Made by a program: the position numbers and the translations under genes
DNA from: Dehalococcoidia bacterium
Lineage (GTDB): Bacteria; Chloroflexota; Dehalococcoidia; Lucifugimonadales; GCA-2712585
Assembly (NCBI GenBank): GCA_965261665.1
Contig: OZ253467.1
Span: forward strand, 1,217,926 to 1,281,925
DNA: 64,000 nucleotides
Reading direction: 5' to 3'
Notes under the pieces: model-generated
The model's database searches: none
Seen by the model: only the letters and a program-made list of their open reading frames with translations
What the model was told of the DNA's origin: nothing
Part shown: piece after piece, positions 36,561-47,328 of the stretch
Numbering within the stretch: position 1 is the first letter of the stretch
Layout: the number at the start of each line of letters is the position of its first letter

Positions 36561-38012
36561 CTAAGCCTCCCCCACGGGCCGGAATGAGGAAAACCCCGCC
36601 GGGCGCTGTACTATCCTGTCCACGTACAGCCCAGGCGTCACCACTGCATCCGGGTCCAGCGTCCCCGCCTCTACAATCTCGTCCACTTCTGCTATCGTAA
36701 TCTCCGCCGCCGTGGCCATGGCAGCGTTGAAATTCCGCGACGTTCCCCGGTACACCAGGTTGCCCGCGGTGTCGGCCTTGTGCGCCCGGATGAAGGCGAA
36801 GTTCCCACGAATCGCCCGCTCTAATACGTACTCCCGCCCGTCGATTATCTTTGTTTCCTTGCCCTCCGCCACCACCGTGCCTGCTCCCGTGGGCGTGAAA
36901 AACGCCGGAATCCCTGCGCCCCCCGCCCGGAGCCGTTCCGCCAGCGTCCCCTGTGGCGCTAACTCCAACGTAACCTCGCCCCTCCGATACGCCTCCTCGA
37001 AGGCCGAGGGCCTCGATGGTGAGGGGGATACGGGGAAGGAAGCTATTGCATGCTTTATCTGCCCACGCTCTACCAGAATGCTGTGGTCGATGGCCTGCAG
37101 CCCTGGCGAAGGCGGCTGGCCGAACGTGGACACCCGCGCGATACCCACCGTGTTGCCGACCACCGTCAACTCCCGCGCCCCCTGGTCCCGCAGCGCCAGC
37201 ATCAGATAGTGCGCCATCCCTCCTATTCCCCCGAACCCGTCCATCAGAATAACCGCGCCGTCGGGGATGTCGGCCACTGCCGCCGCGGCGCTGGGAAACA
37301 CCTTGCTCAGAGGAGACTCCTCCAGAACGCCGAAGTCCATCTCCTTCACCGGCTCCGTCACGTCTAGCCGGGCTTCCGTTTCCGACTGAATCTCCGCCGC
37401 CGACCACCCCGGCGCTCGTTCTTTCAGGACCAGGCCCTCCGCGGTGACTTCAATGACGGCGATGTCTGTGACGATGAGATTTACCCGTCCGGCCACCGTC
37501 AACGGGTAGTCGCACCGTCGGAGAATCTTGGGCGCGCCCCTGTTGGAATGCTCCATAATGGCTATCAGCCGCTTTGCGCCGGCGGCCATGTCCAGACCCC
37601 CGCCAGGACTGCCGATTCCCTTGCTGGGAACCATCCAGTTTGAAAGGTCGCCCCGCTCCGATACCTGCAATGCTCCCAAGACCGCCACGTCCAGACGACC
37701 GCTGCGGACGATGCTGAAGGCGTCGGTATGACTGATTACGGCGCCCCCCGGATGCCAGGTAGTATGCTCACCGCGGGCGTTGATGAAATCCAGGTCCTCG
37801 GCTCCCTCCTCCGCATGAGGCCCGTATCGCAGAATTCCGTTCTCCGAGTGAAGAACGACTCCCCGACTCGCCGGCACGTAGTTTGCCACCAGCGTTGGCA
37901 TTCCGATGCCCAGGTTTACGACTTCCCCCGGCCGCAGCTCCGCCGCCACTCGCAGGGCCATCAACTCCCGGCTTAGCCTCTCAGCCATCTCACCCTCATC
38001 CTCCGACCACAA
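36561..38012 (-). CDS. fused CoA-transferase: subunit B domain (N-terminal) joined to subunit A domain (C-terminal)
   Basis: 483-aa continuous ORF. Residues 1 to about 215 carry the B pattern (VNLGIGMPT, SENGIL, PGGGLDM). From about residue 235 the A pattern appears (KVFPSAAAAVADIPDGAVILMDGFGGIG ... GAGIPAFFTPTG). No stop or start lies between the two domains. Confidence 0.8.
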   Translation of the reverse strand: MWSEDEGEMAERLSRELMALRVAAELRPGEVVNLGIGMPTLVANYVPASRGVVLHSENGILRYGPHAEEGAEDLDFINARGEHTTWHPGGAVISHTDAFSIVRSGRLDVAVLGALQVSERGDLSNWMVPSKGIGSPGGGLDMAAGAKRLIAIMEHSNRGAPKILRRCDYPLTVAGRVNLIVTDIAVIEVTAEGLVLKERAPGWSAAEIQSETEARLDVTEPVKEMDFGVLEESPLSKVFPSAAAAVADIPDGAVILMDGFGGIGGMAHYLMLALRDQGARELTVVGNTVGIARVSTFGQPPSPGLQAIDHSILVERGQIKHAIASFPVSPSPSRPSAFEEAYRRGEVTLELAPQGTLAERLRAGGAGIPAFFTPTGAGTVVAEGKETKIIDGREYVLERAIRGNFAFIRAHKADTAGNLVYRGTSRNFNAAMATAAEITIAEVDEIVEAGTLDPDAVVTPGLYVDRIVQRPAGFSSFRPVGEA

Positions 38013-38670
38013 TCCGGTTAACGTATATCCCGGGCGTAACCACCCGCTCCGGGTCTATCTCTCCTACCTCAACCACCTCCCGCACCTCCGCGACAGTAGT
38101 CTTTGCGGCGGCAGCCATCGTGGGATTGTAGTTTCGCTGCGCGAGCCTGTACGTCAGGTTGCCCAGCCTGTCGGCCTGATGCCCGCCAATCAGGGCTAAG
38201 TCTGCTCCCAGGGGCGACGCTAGGACATACTCCCTGCCCTCAAACGATTGGGTGTCCTGCTCCTCGAACACGGTGCCTACGTAGTTGGGGACGTAGACGC
38301 TGCCCAATCCCGCACCTGCCGCCCGCATCCTCTCTGCCAGAATCCCCTGCGGCACAACCTCCACCTCCAGCTTTCCCTTGCGCCACAACTGCAGGGCCGG
38401 AATTTCCTGGTTGGGCCGCCCGAAGAAGGTTGTTATCAGCTTTCGGACCTGCCCGCGCTCCACCAGGCGGGCGACGTCATACTCGCCGGGCTTCGGCTCG
38501 AAGCAGGTGTTGCAGATGAACGTCAGATTCCGAGGCCCCAACTCCATGAGCGCCTTCACCAAACTCTGAGGCAGGCCAGGCTTGCCGAAGCCACCCAGCA
38601 TGATGACGGCTCCGTCGGACACGTCCTCCAACGCCTCAACCGCTGACGAATAGACCTTCCCATGAGCCAT
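37996..38670 (-). CDS. 3-oxoacid CoA-transferase subunit A
   Basis: 224 aa: KVYSSAVEALEDVSDGAVIMLGGFG..., QGILAERMRAAGAGLG. Confidence 0.85.
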   Translation of the reverse strand: MAHGKVYSSAVEALEDVSDGAVIMLGGFGKPGLPQSLVKALMELGPRNLTFICNTCFEPKPGEYDVARLVERGQVRKLITTFFGRPNQEIPALQLWRKGKLEVEVVPQGILAERMRAAGAGLGSVYVPNYVGTVFEEQDTQSFEGREYVLASPLGADLALIGGHQADRLGNLTYRLAQRNYNPTMAAAAKTTVAEVREVVEVGEIDPERVVTPGIYVNRIVVGG

Positions 38671-38798
38671 AGCAGGCGATTCCCCCCAACAACGCTGACC
38701 GCATTCTACCAGCCCCCGCCCCTCCTAGAAACACCACTACCCACCCCGTATACACTGCCAGCCCTTCTGATGCCGCGCGTCATTCTCTAAAGTCACAT

Positions 38799-38837
38799 GT
38801 CATTCTGATCGCAGCGAAGCGGAGTCGAGGAATCTCG
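38799..38837 (-). repeat. gtcattctga...gaatctc short repeat (opposite orientation to the copies at 8717, 46989 and 59155)
   Basis: gtcattctgatcgcagcgaagcggagtcgaggaatctcg. Confidence 0.8.
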
Positions 38838-39072
38838 TGGCACGCCCTCATATTTCATACACGAACTCCCAGCCTCCTCTCCAGTTGGACCATCCCGTGA
38901 AGCGTTTTGGCTCCATGATCGTCGCACTGAGGCAGTTGATAGCCGAAGAAGAGGCCGACATAATAGAACATGGACGGGAATTGGTCGCCTATGGGCTCCT
39001 AGTTATCGTACAAAGGCTTACACTCCATCCCCCTCATAATTTTTGCAATTCTAGAACCACGAAAGGAGCCTC

Positions 39073-39393
39073 ATGTCCATCTCCACTGCACCGCAAATGT
39101 TCATTCCTGCATACATTAGTCGTGTACCTGAAACCTCCGGCGTCTATGCGCTGAATGACGGCTTTAACATCATCTACTACGGCAGCGCCGAACATTCCAT
39201 CAGAGATAGTCTTATGGGTCATCTCAATGGCAAAGACGGTCCTTGCTCACAAAGAGCAATATGGTTCCTCTACGAAACAACGTCATCGCCGATAAAGAGA
39301 GAAAAAGAGCTGCTGGCCGAATTCCAGCAAGACTTCGGCAGACTCCCTGAATGCAACGAGGAGGCCTCACCCACCCTGGAAGAAGACAGCTAA
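39073..39393 (+). CDS. small GIY-YIG domain protein
   Basis: 106 aa: SGVYALNDGFNIIYYGSAEHSIRDSLMGHL gives GIY...YIG spacing with the following Arg. It lies in a lower-GC stretch. Confidence 0.6.
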   Translation: MSISTAPQMFIPAYISRVPETSGVYALNDGFNIIYYGSAEHSIRDSLMGHLNGKDGPCSQRAIWFLYETTSSPIKREKELLAEFQQDFGRLPECNEEASPTLEEDS

Positions 39394-39444
39394 CCCCCTC
39401 TTGTTCCTGCGAAGGCAGGAATCCACTCCTCTCCCACTCCACCC

Positions 39445-39555
39445 GTCATTCCGGCGAAAGCCGGAATCCAGACCCCACATTAGCCATGCCCTTTGTGCTC
39501 CCCACGACGCTAACCAAAACCCCACCGGTGGGGGCGGGTTTCAAACCCGCCCATT
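39445..39555 (+). repeat. gtcattccggcgaaagccggaatccag hairpin plus a degenerate REP-like hairpin
   Basis: 39445-39471 holds the stem CCGGC-gaaa-GCCGG. GGGCGGGTTTCAAACCCGCCC is at 39532-39552, followed by ATTC instead of CTAC. Confidence 0.8.
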
Positions 39556-39717
39556 CCCTCCCAATCTCATCATCACACGATCCGAAATCATCCTGAAACG
39601 AACGCGAAATGAAACCCTCCATTTTGACCACTTTCACGCCTAATATCCGGAAATGAACTTGAAATAAACTCGGATATACTCACCGCGTCCAATTTACGAT
39701 GTACCGCCCGTAAAGGC

Positions 39718-40218
39718 TCAGATAGCGGACACGGAAATAGCCACACCCTCCTCCCTTGGGTGCGATGTGTCCGGTAAGCGATGAATAAGCAACGTCCGAA
39801 AGTTGGAGTCGTCGTAATTCCAATGCTGTAAGGTGAAGGGATCTGTGCCATCCGAGCAAAACAATCCGGCGGCCACGGAGTCAAGAACGGGCTTAATGAA
39901 ATTCTCAACGTCCAGCTTGGCCTGGCCGCCCACCTTCCGATTACCGTGGTTCGACGGATGGAACGCCATCCCTAGCGAAATTGTGTACTGGAGAGTCTCG
40001 CTCCAAGAGCCTTCTCCTCGAACGGCCTTCACCTCCGAAGTTACCCAACGCTTCCAGTCCTTCTGCCCTGCTGTGTTCTCCGTGATACTGTTGATGATGT
40101 TTCCCCTCACTAGAGTGCACAGCCTCATCCTAGATTCAGCGAACTCAACAATAGGCACGTCCCATCCCCCTATGCTCTCTACCCGATACATAAGCTCACA
40201 CCTCACCATCTCTGTCAT
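39718..40218 (-). CDS. hypothetical protein with RusA-like Holliday-junction resolvase motif
   Basis: 166 aa. KLDVENFIKPVLDSVAAGLF....DD resembles the RusA D-x-(D/E)-N-x-x-K-x-x-x-D-x-(L/V) core. This is a weak assignment from memory only. Confidence 0.35.
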   Translation of the reverse strand: MTEMVRCELMYRVESIGGWDVPIVEFAESRMRLCTLVRGNIINSITENTAGQKDWKRWVTSEVKAVRGEGSWSETLQYTISLGMAFHPSNHGNRKVGGQAKLDVENFIKPVLDSVAAGLFCSDGTDPFTLQHWNYDDSNFRTLLIHRLPDTSHPREEGVAISVSAI

Positions 40219-40326
40219 TCAAAACCTCCTAATCTTGTTGTGAGCGCAACGAAGAATCTCGTCACCTCTACCAATCAGCATGGGCCTATCCCTTCCCCCC
40301 TTGTCAATCCTCTCCCCCTCCCCCCC

Positions 40327-40365
40327 AAAAAGAGGGGCGGCCCTGTGTGGGCCGCCCCTCTTTTG
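40327..40365 (-). terminator. intrinsic terminator downstream of groEL (bidirectional-looking)
   Basis: A perfect 13-bp stem AGAGGGGCGGCCC-tgtgt-GGGCCGCCCCTCT is flanked by A5 on one side and T4 on the other, 36 nt after the groEL stop. Confidence 0.8.
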
Positions 40366-40400
40366 TTTGCGCTCTTTTTAGGAAGCGGAAACTTTCTTGT

Positions 40401-42032
<1,632 letters not shown>

Positions 42033-42084
42033 TCAAAATTTCTGAATAAATGGGTTCGAAATCCGTGGCGATATGTCGTCCAGC

Positions 42085-42378
42085 CTATCTGTTAACCTTG
42101 GCCAGAACGTCGCTCTCCCGCAGAATCAGGTACTCCTGACCATCGTCCTTGTACTCGGTGCCTGCGTATTTGGAATAGATGATCCTATCCCCGGTCTGTA
42201 TCTCCATGGGTACGCGCGCACCTTCGTCTGTGACCCGGCCGGGTCCCACCGCCACAACCTCACCCTCCTGCGGCTTCTCTTTGGCAGTATCCGGAAGGAT
42301 TATTCCTGATGATGTGGTCTGTTCCTCCTCCAGTGGCTTGACTATCAACCTCTCTCCTAAAGGCGTGAATTTCACCAA
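42085..42378 (-). CDS. groS: co-chaperonin GroES
   Basis: 97 aa: [43 protein letters not shown]. Confidence 0.95.
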   Translation of the reverse strand: MVKFTPLGERLIVKPLEEEQTTSSGIILPDTAKEKPQEGEVVAVGPGRVTDEGARVPMEIQTGDRIIYSKYAGTEYKDDGQEYLILRESDVLAKVNR

Positions 42379-42435
42379 CGCTTCCTCCTCAAATTTTGGT
42401 TGTTTTGGGTCTGTCTACATTATTATGACTACTAA

Positions 42436-42462
42436 ATTAGCAGTCAAATCAATAGAGTGCTA
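42436..42462 (-). promoter_or_regulatory. CIRCE operator (HrcA binding site)
   Basis: TTAGCAGTC-N9-GAGTGCTAA versus the consensus TTAGCACTC-N9-GAGTGCTAA (1 mismatch). It sits between the promoter and groES. Confidence 0.85.
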
Positions 42463-42472
42463 AAACCTCGCT

Positions 42473-42502
42473 TATGATAGACTACGTCCTGAATGCTGTC
42501 AA
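42473..42502 (-). promoter_or_regulatory. sigma70-type promoter of groES-groEL
   Basis: On the minus strand: TTGACA (42497-42502), a 17-nt spacer, then TATCAT (42473-42478), immediately upstream of CIRCE. Confidence 0.75.
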
Positions 42503-42557
42503 TAGACCAATTTTTCAGCGAAAATCGTAACCCCAAGGCCTTGTATTCCATTTACTA

Positions 42558-43343
42558 ATGTTGATTCGGAAACTTATCCTGCTCGAAATGCATGACGCCG
42601 TGGCCGTCATTCGCGTTGATCTGCTGGACGACGACGACGACGACACCCGAAATCCGTCGCCGGCCGAGGAGATTGAAAGCGTCTGCCAATTACTGAATGA
42701 AGACGCGAACCTTCGAGCCGTCGTCCTCACCAACACCGGAGGAAACTTCTGGTCCGAGGACGTCAAACCCTGGCCCCAGGACACGCCCGTTAGCGACCCA
42801 GAATCGGTCCTCCAACGTCGACGCGTTGCAACCCACGTGGCCAACCTCAAGGTTCCAACCATCGCCGCCATCCAGGGTCGAGCGTGGAATCAGGGCTTGG
42901 AACTCGCCCTCGGCTGCGACCTGCGATTGGCGGCAGAAGGGTCAACCTTCGGTTTCTCATGTCTGGTCGAAGGATACATTCCTTGGGACGGCGGCTCCCA
43001 GAGACTGCCACGGCTCATCGGACGCACCCGGGCTCTGGAGCTTCTTCTCACGGGCCGTTCCGTTTCTGCATCGGAGGCCCACGAAATGGGGCTGGTCAAT
43101 ACCGTCACTTCCGGCCAAACTTTGGAGGCTACTGCTATCGATCTGGGTCAGACCATCGCCGCCGCCGCTCCAATTGCGGTGCGCTACGTCAAAGAGGCGG
43201 TCTACAAGGGCCTTGATATGTCCTTGGCGCAAGGGCTGAACCTGGAGGCCGACCTTAGCTTCATCCTTCAGACCACCCAAGACCGCCGTCGTGGGATTCA
43301 AGCCTTCCTCAATAAGAAGAAACCGCAATTTACAGGAGAATGA
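42558..43343 (+). CDS. enoyl-CoA hydratase/isomerase (crotonase) family protein
   Basis: 261 aa with AAIQGRAWNQGLELALGCDLRLA, a GGSQRLPRLIG pattern and a C-terminal RRGIQAFLNKKKPQF. Confidence 0.85.
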   Translation: MLIRKLILLEMHDAVAVIRVDLLDDDDDDTRNPSPAEEIESVCQLLNEDANLRAVVLTNTGGNFWSEDVKPWPQDTPVSDPESVLQRRRVATHVANLKVPTIAAIQGRAWNQGLELALGCDLRLAAEGSTFGFSCLVEGYIPWDGGSQRLPRLIGRTRALELLLTGRSVSASEAHEMGLVNTVTSGQTLEATAIDLGQTIAAAAPIAVRYVKEAVYKGLDMSLAQGLNLEADLSFILQTTQDRRRGIQAFLNKKKPQFTGE

Positions 43344-43534
43344 CCGCTATCCTCTCCCCGCGGATATCCTCCCTCGTGTAATACATCTTGTTTTGAATGC
43401 GATTCTTGTGAGGGGGGATGACGTGTGGGGCGCGTAGGTCAGGAAGCACGGTAGGGGTGTGACGGGAGGAGGATGCCCGCCAGGGACGCCCTATAGGGGG
43501 GAGAATGGGTGTTGGTGGCTGGGTCTTGCTGCGG

Positions 43535-43906
43535 CTAGGCCCAGAATTTCCACTTGGGTTGTTCGGGAGTGGGGGAAGGTTTGATGAGGGCTGCGAGGGA
43601 TATCTTGAGGGCTGCCTGATTCTGTTCCAACCCGAATAACCTTTCGCTGGTTTGGGCGTGGTACTTCTGCAATTGCAGCAGGCTCGCAACCGCCTCGGTG
43701 TGGTCCTGGTGGATGCCGAACATGGTTTCCCGCAGTTCTTCCTGCAACTTTTGGACCCGTCCTATCATCTCTCGCAGCTGAACCTGGTCTTGCTCAATGT
43801 GTGCCAGGGACTTTTTGAGTTTGACGTGTTCCCGCTGAATTTCTATGACGGTAGATGTTAGAGACTTGTAGATTTTCTCTTTGTCTTCTGCCTGCTCGCG
43901 CTCCAA
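43535..43906 (-). CDS. small coiled-coil protein, function unknown
   Basis: AGGAGGTGA is followed 4 nt later by a TTG start at 43906. The 123-aa product is heptad-rich (KSLTSTVIEIQREHVKLKKSLAHIEQDQVQLREMIGRVQKLQEELRE). The longer ORF to 44428 overlaps the amidase and was trimmed. Confidence 0.5.
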   Translation of the reverse strand: MEREQAEDKEKIYKSLTSTVIEIQREHVKLKKSLAHIEQDQVQLREMIGRVQKLQEELRETMFGIHQDHTEAVASLLQLQKYHAQTSERLFGLEQNQAALKISLAALIKPSPTPEQPKWKFWA

Positions 43907-44044
43907 GAGATCACCTCCTGCTAAGATAATTTGACCCCAAAGAGGGAAAGTTGTCAATTGGGCGGTGGTGGCGTTGACGGGATGAGTGACAGCCCTTAGC
44001 GTATGGAAGGGCATCGAATCTCCGTTAGGCGAGGAGTAATTGGC

Positions 44045-45448
44045 ATGAGTGGAATGGATCTGGCAAATGGCACTGTTGCGGGCTTTGCGGGCCCGTTGAA
44101 GTCCGGGGAGCTTTCTTCGGTGGAGTTGACGCGGGCGACCCTTGAGCGCATTGATCGAGTAGACGGGCCGCTGAAGGGGTTCACAACGGTCACGGGGGAC
44201 TATGCGCTTGAGCGGGCGCGGGCCGCGGAGGAGGAGATCCGGAGAGGCCAGTATAGGGGGCCGCTTCACGGCATTCCATACACTCTCAAGGACCTCATAG
44301 ACACGGCGGGGATTCGCACCACCTATGGGTACGAGAGCCACGAGGACTACGTGCCACGGACGAGTGCGCGGGTGCACGAACTGATGGAAAAGGCGGGCGC
44401 TATTCTGGTGGGGAAGGTGAATTGCCACTTCCGCCGGGACGTGGTGGTGACGTGTTTTAACCCGTGGGACATAAGCCGGTCACCGGGGCATTCGAGCGCG
44501 GGTTCGGGGTTGGCGGTTGCAGCGTCGATGGGGCTAGTGTCCATCGGGTCCGACACGGGCGGGTCGGTGCGGATACCGGCGGCTTGGAGTGGGGTAGTGG
44601 GATTGCGGGCAACATTTGGACTTATCAGCCGGCACAATCTCTTTGGCCCGTCCTGGTCCTTCGATCAAGCCGGCCCCCTAGCCAAAACGGTGGAGGATAC
44701 GGCGCTGGCATTGCAGGCGCTGGCGGTGCACGATCCCGAGGATCCGGTGAGTCTGACGGGGCGGTTCCCGGACTATCGGGCGGCGCTGGAAGGCGATATT
44801 GAGGGCGTGAAGGTTGGGGTGTTGGAGGAGTACGTGGGCGGTGGCTGCACGGAGGAAGTGGAGCGGGCGGTGCGAAGGGCCGTGGCGGTCCTTTCGGACA
44901 TGGGTGCAGAGGTGGAGGAGGTATCCATTGAAGGAGCGGCAGGGGTTTCGGACATTCACAACACGATTGTGGAGCCGGAATCCGCCGTCTACTATCGGGA
45001 GACATTTTCTCCAGAGAGATTGGCGAGGATAGACGCAGACATGAAGTTGCGGCTGGAGCGGGGGGCCGCCATACCCATGGCCGATTATCTGGATGCTCAA
45101 CGACGGTTGGCGCTTCTCAAGAGGGAGACGGCGCGGGTGATGAGGCAGGTGGACGTGGTGGTCTCGCCAACGTCTTTAACGACGGCGTTGAAAGTGCCGG
45201 AGACGCGGGGGATGACTGAGGTCCGAGGACGCCGGGTGCCGGCGGGGTCTTTGAGTCTGGCGTGTACGGCCATAGCGTCGGACGTGGGACTGCCGGCGAT
45301 TTCCGTTCCGTGCGGATTTGGAGAAGGGCCTCTGCCCATCGGTCTGCACATAATGGGCAGACACCGTGAGGAAGGGTTGGTGCTGCGGGTGGCCCATGCT
45401 TACGAACAGGCGACGGGGTGGCATAGGTTTCGGCCATCGTTGGGTTAG
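44045..45448 (+). CDS. amidase (amidase-signature family, GatA-like)
   Basis: LHGIPYTLKDL and GHSSAGSGLAVAASMGLVSIGSDTGGSVRIPAA (GGSS/GSD signature). The start is at the ATG at 44045 or 44054. Confidence 0.9.
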   Translation: MSGMDLANGTVAGFAGPLKSGELSSVELTRATLERIDRVDGPLKGFTTVTGDYALERARAAEEEIRRGQYRGPLHGIPYTLKDLIDTAGIRTTYGYESHEDYVPRTSARVHELMEKAGAILVGKVNCHFRRDVVVTCFNPWDISRSPGHSSAGSGLAVAASMGLVSIGSDTGGSVRIPAAWSGVVGLRATFGLISRHNLFGPSWSFDQAGPLAKTVEDTALALQALAVHDPEDPVSLTGRFPDYRAALEGDIEGVKVGVLEEYVGGGCTEEVERAVRRAVAVLSDMGAEVEEVSIEGAAGVSDIHNTIVEPESAVYYRETFSPERLARIDADMKLRLERGAAIPMADYLDAQRRLALLKRETARVMRQVDVVVSPTSLTTALKVPETRGMTEVRGRRVPAGSLSLACTAIASDVGLPAISVPCGFGEGPLPIGLHIMGRHREEGLVLRVAHAYEQATGWHRFRPSLG

Positions 45449-45454
45449 GGGAGA

Positions 45455-46075
45455 GTTGGGTGGGGGTGCTACGGGATGGCGTGGGGGAACGGGCGGTTCG
45501 CGAACCGCCCCTACCAGATGGTTGTCAGAGGGAATGGGGGATGGGTCCCCGCATGCGCGAGGACAACGGAGGGGAGGGGGCGATGGGTGAGGCGGGACGT
45601 GATGGCGGGGGGAACGGGCGGTTCGCGAACCGCCCCTACCAGATGGTTGTCAGAGGGAATGGGGGATGGGTCCCCGCATGCGCGAGGACAACGGGGGAGG
45701 GGGGCCGATGGGTCGAGGCGGGACGTGATGGCGGGGGGAACGGGCGGTTCGCGAACCGCCCGTTCCAGATGGTTGTTAGAGGGAATGGGGGATGGGTCCC
45801 CGCATGCGCGAGGACAACGGGGGGAGGGGGGCCGATGGGTCGAGGCGGGACGTGATGGCGGGGGGAACGGGCGGTTCGCGAACCGCCCGTTCCAGATGGT
45901 TGTTAGAGGGAATGAGGGGATGGGTCCCCGCATGCGCGAGGACAACGGAGGGGAGGGGGCGATGGGTGAGGCGGGACGTGATGGCGGGGGGAACGGGCGG
46001 TTCGCGAACCGCCCGTTCCAGATGGTTGTCAGAGGGAATGAGGGGATGGGTCCCCGCATGCGCGAGGACAAGAGG
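45455..46075 (+). repeat. higher-order tandem array: 5 units of about 126 bp (REP hairpin plus gggtccccgcatgcgcgaggac element)
   Basis: GGGCGGTTCGCGAACCGCCC starts at 45491, 45616, 45742, 45869 and 45995. It is followed by CTAC or GTTC, then cagatggttgt(c/t)agagggaatg(a/g)gggatgggtccccgcatgcgcgaggacaa. Confidence 0.9.
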
Positions 46076-46147
46076 GAAAGACGGGTGACGGTGGTTTGGA
46101 TGACTGATATATTTGAGGTCAATCGGTAACTTACAACGGGAGGGGTT

Positions 46148-46963
46148 ATGGCACAGGGCAAAGGGCGTCTGAATGGCAAGGTAGCCATCGTCACGGGGTC
46201 GGGTTCCAGCGGGCCGGGAGTGGGGAACGGAAAGGCAACGGCGGTACTGTTTGCCAGGGAGGGGGCGAAGGTCCTTTTGGCAGACCACGTGGAGGCCCGC
46301 GCCCGAGAGACCCTGAAGGTTATCCAAGGAGAGGGCGGAACAGCGTCGGTGTTCGAGGGGGACGTTACCCGTTCAGACGACTGCCGCGCAATGGTGGAGG
46401 CGGCTGTGGAGAGGTATGGGCGGCTGGACGTGTTGGACAACAACGTGGGGATATCCCATCGCGCAAGGGTGGTAGAGGTCAGGGAAGACGAGTGGGATAG
46501 GGTGATGGAAGTGAACGTGAAGAGTATGATGCTGACGAGTCGCTTCGCCATTCCGGCGATGATTGAAAGCGGAGGCGGGTCGATTATCAACATTTCGTCC
46601 ATTGCGGGACTGAGGGCCAACGGCACAACCCCGTATAGTACGTCCAAGGCGGCTGTAATCGGACTAACCTTCTCCATGGCGGGAGACCACGGACGGGACA
46701 ATATAAGGGTGAACTGCATCGCACCCGGGTTGGTGTACACGCCGATGGTGGCCCCACGGATGGACGACGCCCTGCGACGCACGCGTCGGGAGGCGGCGCC
46801 ACTGGGGACGGAGGGGACGGCGTGGGACGTGGCTTGGGCTGCGGTGTTTCTAGCTAGTGAAGAGTCGCGATGGGTGACAGGGGTGGTTATTCCGGTGGAC
46901 GCGGGATTGAGTGTTACGACGCCCGTAACGGGGACGCCGTTGGCGCAGCATCGGGTGTATTGA
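46148..46963 (+). CDS. short-chain dehydrogenase/reductase (SDR)
   Basis: VAIVTGSGSSGPGVG (TGxxxGxG-like), NNVG, and SSIAG...YSTSKAAV (catalytic S/Y/K). Confidence 0.9.
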   Translation: MAQGKGRLNGKVAIVTGSGSSGPGVGNGKATAVLFAREGAKVLLADHVEARARETLKVIQGEGGTASVFEGDVTRSDDCRAMVEAAVERYGRLDVLDNNVGISHRARVVEVREDEWDRVMEVNVKSMMLTSRFAIPAMIESGGGSIINISSIAGLRANGTTPYSTSKAAVIGLTFSMAGDHGRDNIRVNCIAPGLVYTPMVAPRMDDALRRTRREAAPLGTEGTAWDVAWAAVFLASEESRWVTGVVIPVDAGLSVTTPVTGTPLAQHRVY

Positions 46964-46988
46964 TGACGGGGGTGGCGGGAAGTCTGAC

Positions 46989-47021
46989 GAGATTCTTCGA
47001 CTCCGCTACACTCAGAATCAC
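46989..47021 (+). repeat. gagattcttcg...gaatcac short repeat
   Basis: gagattcttcgactccgctacactcagaatcac. Confidence 0.8.
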
Positions 47022-47328
47022 TATGTCCAAGAAAGGCCACATAAGGCGATGAAAATGGATGCAGGAAGAGGGCTGGATTCCGGCTTTTTCCGAAATGATG
47101 GTTGGGATCGGGGTCTTGTAGCGGATGAAGGGGGGCGCGAACCTCCACTACGGGGGAGAATGTTGTCGGGCACAGGGTTCACCCCCATCCTAACCTTCCC
47201 CCATCAAGGGGGAAGGGATTTGCAGGCGCGGAACGGGCTATTTGCATAGTAATGACAGATATTATGGTTCGGAATGACCTGAAATTGATTTGGGGAGGAT
47301 GGGAGGAAAATGAAATGGAGGAAAGGTT

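Noticed and set aside
38837-39154. The 105-aa ORF 38837..39154 could be a gene.
   Set aside because: It has no recognisable motifs, overlaps the start of the GIY-YIG ORF and begins inside a short repeat element, so support is insufficient.
43535-44428. The full 297-aa minus-strand ORF could be a real gene.
   Set aside because: Its upstream two-thirds overlaps the amidase gene (44045..45448) and is Arg/Pro-rich. Only the distal coiled-coil part, preceded by AGGAGGTGA and a TTG at 43906, looks genuine.
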